From the IMG/VR virus record IMGVR_UViG_3300040816_001340, positions 1 through 59,279 of that record: a stretch of DNA of 59,279 bases. One strand, 5' to 3'. Below the pieces are notes generated by a model. That model ran no database searches. It was not told the origin of the DNA and saw only the letters and a list, made by a program, of their open reading frames with translations. The stretch comes from a virus (Duplodnaviria; Caudoviricetes). Position 1 is the stretch's first letter. The number at the start of each line of letters is the position of its first letter. The translations under genes were made by a program, and so were the position numbers. Of the stretch, positions 47,557-55,782 are shown piece after piece.

Positions 47557-48111
47557 TTATTTAGCTATTCTTAAAACTAATACAGTTGTTAAAGAAGAAA
47601 CAATTGCGCCACCAAAACCATAAAGTGTATAACGCAGTCTTGTTGAATCATGTTGCTCTCTCTCTGTTGCTAAATCTTCTTCTGCTTTTGCCAAGTCTTC
47701 TATTAACAATGCCGTCCTATCATCACAGTCTTCTTGGCAACTTTCAACTTCTGTAATACATGAGTCTACTCTTGCATCACATTCTCTTGTAAAGTCATCA
47801 GGCAAGCTATCAATAACTGTTTGTATTAAACCAACATCAGATCTTCGAAGAATATATCCTTTATGTGGAGCAGGTGCACCTTCAGGAACAAAATCAGCTA
47901 CAACTTTAAGTAATCCAATCTGAAACGTAATAGGTTTAACTACAGGTTTGACTTGCATTTCCGGAACGTCTAACAAAAGTCTAGAAGGCTCAGATCTACT
48001 TGATGCACCTTCTTGCGCGACTTGTTGTTGGCTGTATGCATTGCCTGCAAAAGAAATAAAAACTATTAATAAACTTAAAATCTTATTTAACATAAATCTT
48101 ACTCTTGACAA
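47557..48111 (-). CDS. Envelope protein: signal peptide, Cys-rich coiled coil, C-terminal TM (spanin-like candidate)
   Basis: ILSLLIVFISFAGNAYS signal; EC..RV.SC..EV.SC..DC heptads; terminal hydrophobic helix. Confidence 0.55.
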   Translation of the reverse strand: MSRVRFMLNKILSLLIVFISFAGNAYSQQQVAQEGASSRSEPSRLLLDVPEMQVKPVVKPITFQIGLLKVVADFVPEGAPAPHKGYILRRSDVGLIQTVIDSLPDDFTRECDARVDSCITEVESCQEDCDDRTALLIEDLAKAEEDLATEREQHDSTRLRYTLYGFGGAIVSSLTTVLVLRIAK

Positions 48112-48419
48112 GCTAGCTCTTCGCAGTTAACTCTAAATCTCTCTAACTTTTCCTGGCATGCTACACGCTCGGATTTATGACATGATCGAATTCTCTCATC
48201 ACAATCAGTAACTTTACTGCCTCTACATGTTGTTAATTGACCTTCTAACTTGGCGATATCATCTGTATATTTTCGGCAAATTGTCTCTCTATCAACAGGT
48301 GCTGTAAGACGACCTATACCAAAAGCTAATGTTAGTGCTAAAATGCCACCAATAACTGCAGCACCTAATTTGCTGTGCTGTGAAGCTAATTTATTAAACT
48401 CTTCGATTTGTTTTTTCAT
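48099..48419 (-). CDS. N-anchored membrane protein with Cys-rich coiled coil (i-spanin-like candidate)
   Basis: TM LGAAVIGGILALTLAFGIG, then a helix with 7 Cys; overlaps the next gene. Confidence 0.55.
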   Translation of the reverse strand: MKKQIEEFNKLASQHSKLGAAVIGGILALTLAFGIGRLTAPVDRETICRKYTDDIAKLEGQLTTCRGSKVTDCDERIRSCHKSERVACQEKLERFRVNCEELACQE

Positions 48420-48444
48420 AGCAATACCTCTTTTTTAACTATAT

Positions 48445-49863
48445 TTAATTAATTGCCTGGATTAACTTATTAACCTTACCAAGCTGATTTTTATAACTTT
48501 CAATACTGTCCCAACCACTTTCTGGCATCAAGAATTTGTTGTTAAAATCACTAATAATCGGAACATTTAAGTTTGTATATTTATGCTTAAAAAAGTTACT
48601 TAATTTATTATTATTGATCATTTTAATTATCTTTCTGCTTAATTTAATTGGTATTCTTTGCCCTTTTTTATAGTCACCACCAAAAAATCCTGTATTAACA
48701 AGCCACACCTTTGTTTTATTTTCTCTAATTTTTCTTGAAAATATCTCTCCGTAAAACTCAGGTTTATGCGGCAAGAAAGGTGAGCCAAAACAATGTGAAT
48801 ATGTTGCTTGAGGCTCTGTTACACCTAATTCAGTTCCTGCAACTTTTGACGTATAACCTAAACAAAATAGATTTTTAGCTTGATCTTCATTTAATAAAGA
48901 AACAGATGGCAAGATACCAAATGCATCATAAGTTAAAAATACAACATTTTCAGGATGCTTACCACTTTCAGTCTTTTTGACATCTAAACTATCAATATCA
49001 AAAGAACATCTAGAGTTTTGCGAGTATTTACTATCAGTAAAGTCACACTCATTATCTTCGTTTATAACAACGTTTTCTAAAATAGAGTATTCTTTTTGAA
49101 TTGCATTCCAGATTAGTTTTTCGTTATCTTTACTAAGATTAATAACTTTAGCATAACAACCTCCCTCAATGTTTGTTATACCTCTATCGTCCCATATATG
49201 TTCGTCATCACCTAACAAAACTCTATCGTTAACAAGCGAAAGTGTTGTTTTTCCTGTCCCACTTAATCCAAAATAAAGTGTTGTTTCACCTTTTTCATTA
49301 CAGTTTGCTGAACAGTGCATTGGTAAATGATTTGCTTGTGCAACCTCAAAATTAATAACAGAGAATATCGATTTTTTTATTTCACCAGCATAATGTGTTC
49401 CACTAATAAGAATACACCTGTCTCTAAAAGAAACTGCTACAAGCGGATAATCTAATAAGTTTGGGTAGTGATATATTTTCCAATGCTGAAATGGTGCTAC
49501 ATCTTCTCTTTCAAAGAACATATTTTTACCAAACAAAGCATGCCAAGCATATTCTGTATATAAATCAACATTAAACCTATAATCTTTGCTTCTAGCAACA
49601 GAGAGTTCTTCTAAATAAGAAGCATTATCATAGTCTAAGAATTTTTGATGCAATTGATCAAAGTCTTCTTGCGTCATAAACTCGTTTTTGTCCCAATCAA
49701 TAAAATCAGCAGTTTCATCAGATAAAACGTATTTTTTTGCCGTCGGGCATCTTCCAGACCATTTACCTGTTAATACAGAAAGCCTGGAATTACTAAGCAC
49801 CCGACCTTCATTGTTATCAGACGAATGCTTTAATAGCTCTTTCTTGCTTAGATTATAATACAT
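48445..49863 (-). CDS. pckA: Phosphoenolpyruvate carboxykinase (ATP), auxiliary metabolic gene
   Basis: SGRCP, YAGEIKKSIF, PMHCSAN, FGLSGTGKTTLS (P-loop), GDDEH, NIEGGCYAK, LENVV, DAFGILP, GYTSKVAGTE, WLVNTG. Confidence 0.95.
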   Translation of the reverse strand: MYYNLSKKELLKHSSDNNEGRVLSNSRLSVLTGKWSGRCPTAKKYVLSDETADFIDWDKNEFMTQEDFDQLHQKFLDYDNASYLEELSVARSKDYRFNVDLYTEYAWHALFGKNMFFEREDVAPFQHWKIYHYPNLLDYPLVAVSFRDRCILISGTHYAGEIKKSIFSVINFEVAQANHLPMHCSANCNEKGETTLYFGLSGTGKTTLSLVNDRVLLGDDEHIWDDRGITNIEGGCYAKVINLSKDNEKLIWNAIQKEYSILENVVINEDNECDFTDSKYSQNSRCSFDIDSLDVKKTESGKHPENVVFLTYDAFGILPSVSLLNEDQAKNLFCLGYTSKVAGTELGVTEPQATYSHCFGSPFLPHKPEFYGEIFSRKIRENKTKVWLVNTGFFGGDYKKGQRIPIKLSRKIIKMINNNKLSNFFKHKYTNLNVPIISDFNNKFLMPESGWDSIESYKNQLGKVNKLIQAIN

Positions 49864-49922
49864 TAGACAACTCTCTTTTACTTGAATAATATATTATAAT
49901 TTTACAATTTTATAAAATAATA

Positions 49923-50312
49923 TTATGGCTTTCTAAAAATAGTAGCATCTTCTCTATTAGCTGATGATATGTCAATAACATCGTTATCGTCTAAATCAAG
50001 AGTATTTCTTGCATCTTTTTTGATTAAGTAAACTTTACCGTCTTGACCAACTGCAACTTTAGCTGTAAACTCAACACCTTTAACCATTTCTTTTAGGCTA
50101 CTACCAGGAGTATAATGAGCTTTATCGTAAGGTTTAGCAACAGCTTTGCCACTTTTGTCTTTATAAACTGAAACGTCTTCTAGTTTTATATTTAGTCCAT
50201 ATTTCTTTAATATATCTTCAATGCTTGCATTAGCATTTCTAAAATAAATAAGTGGATCTACTTCTTCGTTTAAGTAATTGTTCCATTCTTTTAATAGCTG
50301 CTTAAAGTTCAT
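49923..50312 (-). CDS. Hypothetical protein with LLKEW..YLNE leader (paralogue of next ORF)
   Basis: MNFKQLLKEWNNYLNE; C-terminal AKVAVGQDGKVYLIKKD. Confidence 0.75.
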   Translation of the reverse strand: MNFKQLLKEWNNYLNEEVDPLIYFRNANASIEDILKKYGLNIKLEDVSVYKDKSGKAVAKPYDKAHYTPGSSLKEMVKGVEFTAKVAVGQDGKVYLIKKDARNTLDLDDNDVIDISSANREDATIFRKP

Positions 50313-51175
50313 TATTGTTCATCCTCTCCTTCAAAAGGAAATATGTTCTCTACTAAAGATACTAAAGATCCATCTTTCTTTTTAACGTATAGATTGCCTT
50401 CAACGTCTATGACAAATTTAGCATTATAGAAAATATAGTCTACGTTATCATCTCTTGCTAAGTCAAAAACTTTTGCAACGTTCATGCTTTCTTCTGTAAA
50501 GCCAATTACTCTCATCTGATTAAGAAATGTATTAATAACTGACTCTATTCTTTTCTTATAGATAATATCTCTAAGTTTTGCTTCTCTAACAAGTCTTTCT
50601 TGCTTGTCTCTTTCTACAGTGTCCTTAAATACTCTACTATCATCTCTATCTTTTTCATCGCTAGAAATTGTCATAGGATCCATGTTTAGCGCAATATGAA
50701 GCGCAGCTTCTGCAACATCTTTAATACCTGACAATATTGATGAAAAACCAACTTCTTTTTGATCTTCATCACGTATTTCAGGTTCTATTTTTACTTGACT
50801 TGAGTCATTACTTAATTGCTCTAATTGTTTTTCTGCAAGCCTATATTCTCGATCACTATATTCTTTAACTCTGCTGCTAAGATTTGATTTTGCACTTTCA
50901 AATATCTTCACTTCAGCTTTTATTTTATCATCTCTTTCAACTTCATGCTCATTTTTTAACGCCCTATAAAGACTTAAGTCTACACCTACATTAAAAGAGT
51001 TAGGATCATAGTCAATATCGCCTAGTATTATTTCGCAGTTTTCTTTCATCTCTTTGAAGAATCTTTCATCAAGAGTAAAGTCATAGTCATCTGGACCGCC
51101 GTAAACCGGCTTATCATGTGGCCCAGACTCATTAATATAACTGCGCCACTCTTTTAATAGATCTTTCGTTTTCAT
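50312..51175 (-). CDS. Hypothetical protein with LLKEW..YINE leader
   Basis: Likely start MKTKDLLKEWRSYINE at 51175 (GAGG RBS); C-terminal AKFVIDVEGNLYVKKKD. Confidence 0.75.
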   Translation of the reverse strand: MKTKDLLKEWRSYINESGPHDKPVYGGPDDYDFTLDERFFKEMKENCEIILGDIDYDPNSFNVGVDLSLYRALKNEHEVERDDKIKAEVKIFESAKSNLSSRVKEYSDREYRLAEKQLEQLSNDSSQVKIEPEIRDEDQKEVGFSSILSGIKDVAEAALHIALNMDPMTISSDEKDRDDSRVFKDTVERDKQERLVREAKLRDIIYKKRIESVINTFLNQMRVIGFTEESMNVAKVFDLARDDNVDYIFYNAKFVIDVEGNLYVKKKDGSLVSLVENIFPFEGEDEQ

Positions 51176-51234
51176 ATTATTACCTCTATAATACATATTT
51201 ATATTGTATGAGATAATATAAACAGGCTAAAACT

Positions 51235-51921
51235 ATGTATAAATACGATAACCTCGTAACTATTTTAGAAACTAACAATGAACAACATAAAACGTGGACA
51301 CTAAATGAAAATTACGAATTCATTCTTCAAGAAAAAAGATTTTCTAAGTGGTATGATTTCAAAGAAGTTGCTGTAAATGATTTATATGATTTATATTCAC
51401 TTTTAGAATCATGCCAAAATAATCCACATCAAAGTATCATTCGAGGAAAAATAAACGAAAAAGCATGGAAGCATAAGCTTGATGGCTATAAAATAACTAG
51501 ATCAAAAGATTTCATTAAAGACTATCCTAAACGATGGATCATGTTTGACATTGATAACTTCTTAAAGCCTGAAAGTGTTGATATTACTCGTTCTAAAGGT
51601 CGCAAAGAATCAATTGAGATTTTCTTAGAATCCTTAGGTAGTCAATTCAAAGAAACGTCTTATATTTGTCAGTTTTCTAATGGAATGTTTCCTACTAGCG
51701 AAAAAATAAAAGCTCACTTGTGGTTTATGCTAGATAAACCTGCAAAATGTCAAGAGTTAAAAGAATACTTTACTAAAGACAAATACAACTTAGATACATG
51801 TGTTTTTAATGCACCTCAAATATATTACACTTCAAAACCTAAGTTTACGAACTGCTTAGACCCACTATCAGAATCTAGACTTTATTTGATAGAAAAAAAG
51901 AACAACTTATTAAAACTGTAA
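51235..51921 (+). CDS. Stand-alone archaeo-eukaryotic primase (AEP/prim-pol)-like domain
   Basis: WIMFDIDN (DxD), QFS...KAHLWFML (His motif), LDTCVF..PQIYYT..P.F. Confidence 0.65.
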   Translation: MYKYDNLVTILETNNEQHKTWTLNENYEFILQEKRFSKWYDFKEVAVNDLYDLYSLLESCQNNPHQSIIRGKINEKAWKHKLDGYKITRSKDFIKDYPKRWIMFDIDNFLKPESVDITRSKGRKESIEIFLESLGSQFKETSYICQFSNGMFPTSEKIKAHLWFMLDKPAKCQELKEYFTKDKYNLDTCVFNAPQIYYTSKPKFTNCLDPLSESRLYLIEKKNNLLKL

Positions 51922-51957
51922 ATTTTTATTTATATTTAGCATAGACAAGGAGAAAAA

Positions 51958-52542
51958 ATGAAAATTTCACTAAATGAGCTAAGAAAAATTGTTAGAAACA
52001 CCATTACGGAAGCACTTGATGACGATCGCATGTCACGCCCAAGCATGAGCGATGAGTATGCAGAGACAACTGCACAAGGTCTTGGCAGCGCAGCGGAAAC
52101 CGGTTATATGCATGGTTTAGGCTATTATGATGCAGATCGTCAGGCATTTGTTGCAGGTAAGGTAGATCTTGACATTGATCCTGCACTTGCTGATAACGAG
52201 CTTTTAGATGGCCCAGCTTCACCACTTTCATATGCTGATAGAGGTGATGTTGTTATTGACATGACAGTTCTATTCGGCGCACCAGGCTCTGTTCAGTCAG
52301 GTGAAATGAGATCAAGAGAGACAATTTATCTTAAAGATGGCGACCCTATTCTAGCAAAGATTAGAAAAGCATATAACGAGCCTTCAGTTGATGGCTCTTT
52401 CGAAAGCAGAAGAGACGCAATTTATGGTGCTCTAGATATCTTAGCACAAAATGACCTTATTCCAATCGAGACACAGCCTGAAGATGTTTCTGTTGTAACA
52501 ATGGGTATGGGCACAAGAAAGCTTAGCGAACTAGTAAGGTAA
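51958..52542 (+). CDS. Hypothetical acidic protein with MKISLNELRKIVR..ITE leader (putative internal head protein)
   Basis: AAGGAG RBS; ATATTTAG motif at 51932-51939. Confidence 0.72.
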   Translation: MKISLNELRKIVRNTITEALDDDRMSRPSMSDEYAETTAQGLGSAAETGYMHGLGYYDADRQAFVAGKVDLDIDPALADNELLDGPASPLSYADRGDVVIDMTVLFGAPGSVQSGEMRSRETIYLKDGDPILAKIRKAYNEPSVDGSFESRRDAIYGALDILAQNDLIPIETQPEDVSVVTMGMGTRKLSELVR

Positions 52543-52546
52543 AGCA

Positions 52547-53638
52547 ATGACTTTTAGGCACAAAAAAAAACTTTTAGCTAATGCATTTGAAGAGTTAGCT
52601 TTAGAATGTATGAAAATACAAGTTCAAAAAGATAGAGACATTTATGAATATGCTCCTTCAATTGTTAATTTTCATAAAAACTTAATTCTAGGAAATCTTC
52701 AAGAAAGCTTAAATAAAGATTTTTTTGTCTATAACTATGACACTATCCTTAGAGAAAAGATAGATCATAGTAGTTTTCCAGTGTCAAATAGAAGACAAAT
52801 GGACAAGATAAATAGCATGCCACTTTCTATCTCAGAACGAGTAAAAAATGGTTATCTATTCAAACCTAATCACCTCTATTTAGAAAATAACTTGGTTAAA
52901 ATCAACTGGAAAAAGTTTAATCTAGAAGAACACATCAAATTCTTAAAAGAAAGTATTGTTCACGAGTCAATATCTATTTGTGATACAAATGTATTAAATG
53001 GCTACTGGGACGGATCAGATCTTTTAATGCAAAAGTCAAAAGGCATGATCAACGAAAGTGGTGCATTAGACTGTGATAAAAAGCCATATTCATACGCTAG
53101 AAAAGTATTTAATAAAACAGGTAAAGAAATTTATCGTGCTTTATCTAAAGAAGGTTTCTTAGTAGAAAACATATATGACGCCGGATCTTTAAGAAGAAAG
53201 AAAAGTGTTGTTGGTGATATTGACTTTATTGTAAACATCGTTGGTCATAATAAGCTAGGGCAGCTTAATAATAACGATTATAGAGAAGAAAAAATCTTTA
53301 CCGAACAATATCAGTGGTTATTTGGAAACGCTATTAAAAAGAATATAGAGACTGATATTTGTAAGTCTTATAAGAATATTACGCAGTTTATATCTGAAGG
53401 TATGCAATGTGATGTATTTTTCTGCACACCAACTTCTATTTCGACAAGAAGATGTTATTGGACAGGATCAGCAGCACATAATGTTAAGATTCTATATGAA
53501 GGCTTTAAGAAAGATATTATATTTTCTTTTGACTACATTTATGACAAAAATAACAAAAAGCTTCTAAAACCCAAGAGTGAAAAAGAGATCTTTAATATAT
53601 TTGGTCTCGATTACGTTCCACCAGAACAAAGATATTAA
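52547..53638 (+). CDS. Family X DNA polymerase with divergent N-terminal region
   Basis: AGSLRRKKSVVGDIDFIV, QCDV, YWTGSAAHN, SEKEIF..FGLDYVPPEQR. Confidence 0.9.
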   Translation: MTFRHKKKLLANAFEELALECMKIQVQKDRDIYEYAPSIVNFHKNLILGNLQESLNKDFFVYNYDTILREKIDHSSFPVSNRRQMDKINSMPLSISERVKNGYLFKPNHLYLENNLVKINWKKFNLEEHIKFLKESIVHESISICDTNVLNGYWDGSDLLMQKSKGMINESGALDCDKKPYSYARKVFNKTGKEIYRALSKEGFLVENIYDAGSLRRKKSVVGDIDFIVNIVGHNKLGQLNNNDYREEKIFTEQYQWLFGNAIKKNIETDICKSYKNITQFISEGMQCDVFFCTPTSISTRRCYWTGSAAHNVKILYEGFKKDIIFSFDYIYDKNNKKLLKPKSEKEIFNIFGLDYVPPEQRY

Positions 53639-54150
53639 TCAGCTTTAATCTTATAATATCTGTTATGAGGTAGATCCGGCGTAAAGAACAGAATTCTATT
53701 ACCTTCTGGATCTACAAGTTCAAAATTTGTATCGCCCCATGATGTTTTTTCTAGACTGCCAATCTTAATGTTCTTTCTAGAAAACTTATCATGTAGACTT
53801 TGCACATTCTTTACACGAATTGACATAGAACAATTACCAAAGAATTTTCTATTAGCACCTTTCTTACTAAAAAGCTCTAATATGTTTCCACCTACATTTA
53901 TCATTGTCCCATCACCACTAGCGTCTCTCCAATAACGAACAACAGGAAACTCAAGAATCTTATTATAAAATCTAGTCATTTCTTGCATGTTATCAACATA
54001 CATGTGAACTCTAACTTCTCTAGAGTAAGGCCTCCAAGATTTACCTAAATCTATTCCTGCTTCCTGCGCAGCTTTAACATCAGTTGCAGTTGGCGACGTA
54101 TTTACTTTCTTTTTCTCTACTTTGTCGTTCTGACTTAAGAATCCAATCAT
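53635..54150 (-). CDS. VOC / glyoxalase-bleomycin-resistance family protein
   Basis: V.NM.E..RFYNKILEF, LELF, IRVKNV, WGDTNFELVDPEGNRILF. Confidence 0.88.
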   Translation of the reverse strand: MIGFLSQNDKVEKKKVNTSPTATDVKAAQEAGIDLGKSWRPYSREVRVHMYVDNMQEMTRFYNKILEFPVVRYWRDASGDGTMINVGGNILELFSKKGANRKFFGNCSMSIRVKNVQSLHDKFSRKNIKIGSLEKTSWGDTNFELVDPEGNRILFFTPDLPHNRYYKIKAD

Positions 54151-54875
54151 TGTTTAACCATTTCTATTAACTTTAGCTCTTCTAATATAGGTATTACATC
54201 GTTATTTGTCTTATAATAAGCTTTTGACAAAGAAGATTTAAGCCAACCATCACTTAAACTCTCTTCTCCACTTCTTTTAAGAACATTCTTGAAGGTTGAT
54301 ATTTGCTCTATGTCATCTGAAGGGTCATCTTTTGTGTATTTCGGAACAACGATATCGTCTCTTACACCCTTTATACCTAGTTCTCCAGGCGTGCCAAATA
54401 TACTTTCATAATCCATCTGGATATATTCTAAGTTACCTTCGCTCTGTGATCGTCTGAGATAATAGTCCCAAACCCTTTCAGCATCATCTGAAACTGTTAG
54501 TCTGTCCGACATTAACATTCCTCTCTTAGAAGAAACGTATTCTAAAGCAACTTCATATAATAAAGGACCCCAAGACCTTTCGGCGCTAGATGATGTTGTC
54601 TGCCAGATACTTTTGTTGTTAAAAGTCTTCTGACCAGATCCACTATAAACCCAGTCTATATTAACATAACCATATATTTTCTGCCCAGGAACAAAAGAAG
54701 TGTCCACATATTTAACGTTTATCATGTTACCAACTTCTTCGATTAGTATCTTGCAGCTGTTTTCTTCTCTTTTATTATAGAAAAACAAAGTTTGCACAGA
54801 TTCTTTTATTCTGTCAATTCCTTTGTTTTGCCTTTCTAATAACAACCCTATATACTCTTTTAATAATCTTGACAT
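54147..54875 (-). CDS. GNAT-like (acetyltransferase-fold) protein with MSRLLKEYI..LLE leader
   Basis: SWGPLLYEVALE...LMSDRL.VSDDA.RVW resembles the acetyl-CoA-binding region of phage GNAT-like domains; ATATTTAT motif at 54895-54902. Confidence 0.55.
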   Translation of the reverse strand: MSRLLKEYIGLLLERQNKGIDRIKESVQTLFFYNKREENSCKILIEEVGNMINVKYVDTSFVPGQKIYGYVNIDWVYSGSGQKTFNNKSIWQTTSSSAERSWGPLLYEVALEYVSSKRGMLMSDRLTVSDDAERVWDYYLRRSQSEGNLEYIQMDYESIFGTPGELGIKGVRDDIVVPKYTKDDPSDDIEQISTFKNVLKRSGEESLSDGWLKSSLSKAYYKTNNDVIPILEELKLIEMVKQ

Positions 54876-55002
54876 CTTGCACCTTAGCTACATTATAAAT
54901 ATGCCTTTTAAGATAACATAAATAACTTCTGCAAGACTTTCTTTAGAAAGATATATAAATACTTACACAGAAAAACATGCAGCAGATTTTATTAAATAAT
55001 AA

Positions 55003-55752
55003 CTACTTTTTCTCGTTATTTCTACTATCAAATACACTTGCCATCGCAGACCCTAAGATACCTGTTAAAACAAGCAAGACTCTTTCTATCATCGCTAAAG
55101 AATCTTTGGCGTCATTGTTACCTGTTACCCACGATGTTATAATCAACAAACCTAACATTGTTATTAAACCAACAGTTCCCGTAAAGATTTGTCGCAATAG
55201 CGTTATTTGTCCGGTCATCTTTTTTTCTTGCAACAAAGCATCTTCAGCTATCTCTTTGGCTTCTTCAGACTTTCGTCTTAGCTCTTCAAGCTGTGCAATA
55301 GCTTTTTCATTATCCGCTAAACTCTTTTCAAGTTCTTTTTCTCTTTTAACTTCGCTAGACCTATCAGCAAATATAGCAACAAAGTATCTTTCTTCACTAT
55401 TTTTTATATCAGCAACATTTGCTTTCAAAGGTATTAGACTTCCATCTTTAGCAACACCTTCTAAACTTCTCCAGTTGCCCATAATACCACTGCTTCGATG
55501 ACCAGATGCTGTTTCTGAAGTTTCTTTATAGTTGTTAACATATGTTCTATGACTTTTAGCAATATTCATAGGCATAAGCTTACGAACATCTAAACCATTC
55601 ATTTCTAAGTGCTGATATTTGAACAACTGTGTTGCAGGACTATTAGCATATCTTATTACTAAGTCACCTGATTTATCTTGAGGATAGTCACAGACAACAA
55701 TAGCTATCTGCAACCTATTACCCATCATTTCTAATGTTTCTATGACTTTCAT
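55003..55752 (-). CDS. FixL-type heme-PAS domain + coiled coil + two C-terminal TM helices
   Basis: IRYAN.PATQLF.Y...M.G.DVRKLMP.....H..Y...Y...IMGNWR...GVAKDG..IP, YFVAIFAD; no kinase or cyclase domain; ATATTTAT motif at 55769-55776. Confidence 0.88.
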   Translation of the reverse strand: MKVIETLEMMGNRLQIAIVVCDYPQDKSGDLVIRYANSPATQLFKYQHLEMNGLDVRKLMPMNIAKSHRTYVNNYKETSETASGHRSSGIMGNWRSLEGVAKDGSLIPLKANVADIKNSEERYFVAIFADRSSEVKREKELEKSLADNEKAIAQLEELRRKSEEAKEIAEDALLQEKKMTGQITLLRQIFTGTVGLITMLGLLIITSWVTGNNDAKDSLAMIERVLLVLTGILGSAMASVFDSRNNEKK

Positions 55753-55782
55753 TGCTACCTCTTATAAGATAAATATGATGTT

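Noticed and set aside
54977-55501. 174-aa plus-strand ORF
   Set aside because: Antisense shadow of the PAS protein; Ser/Leu/Phe-rich mirror of a Glu/Lys coiled coil; no RBS.
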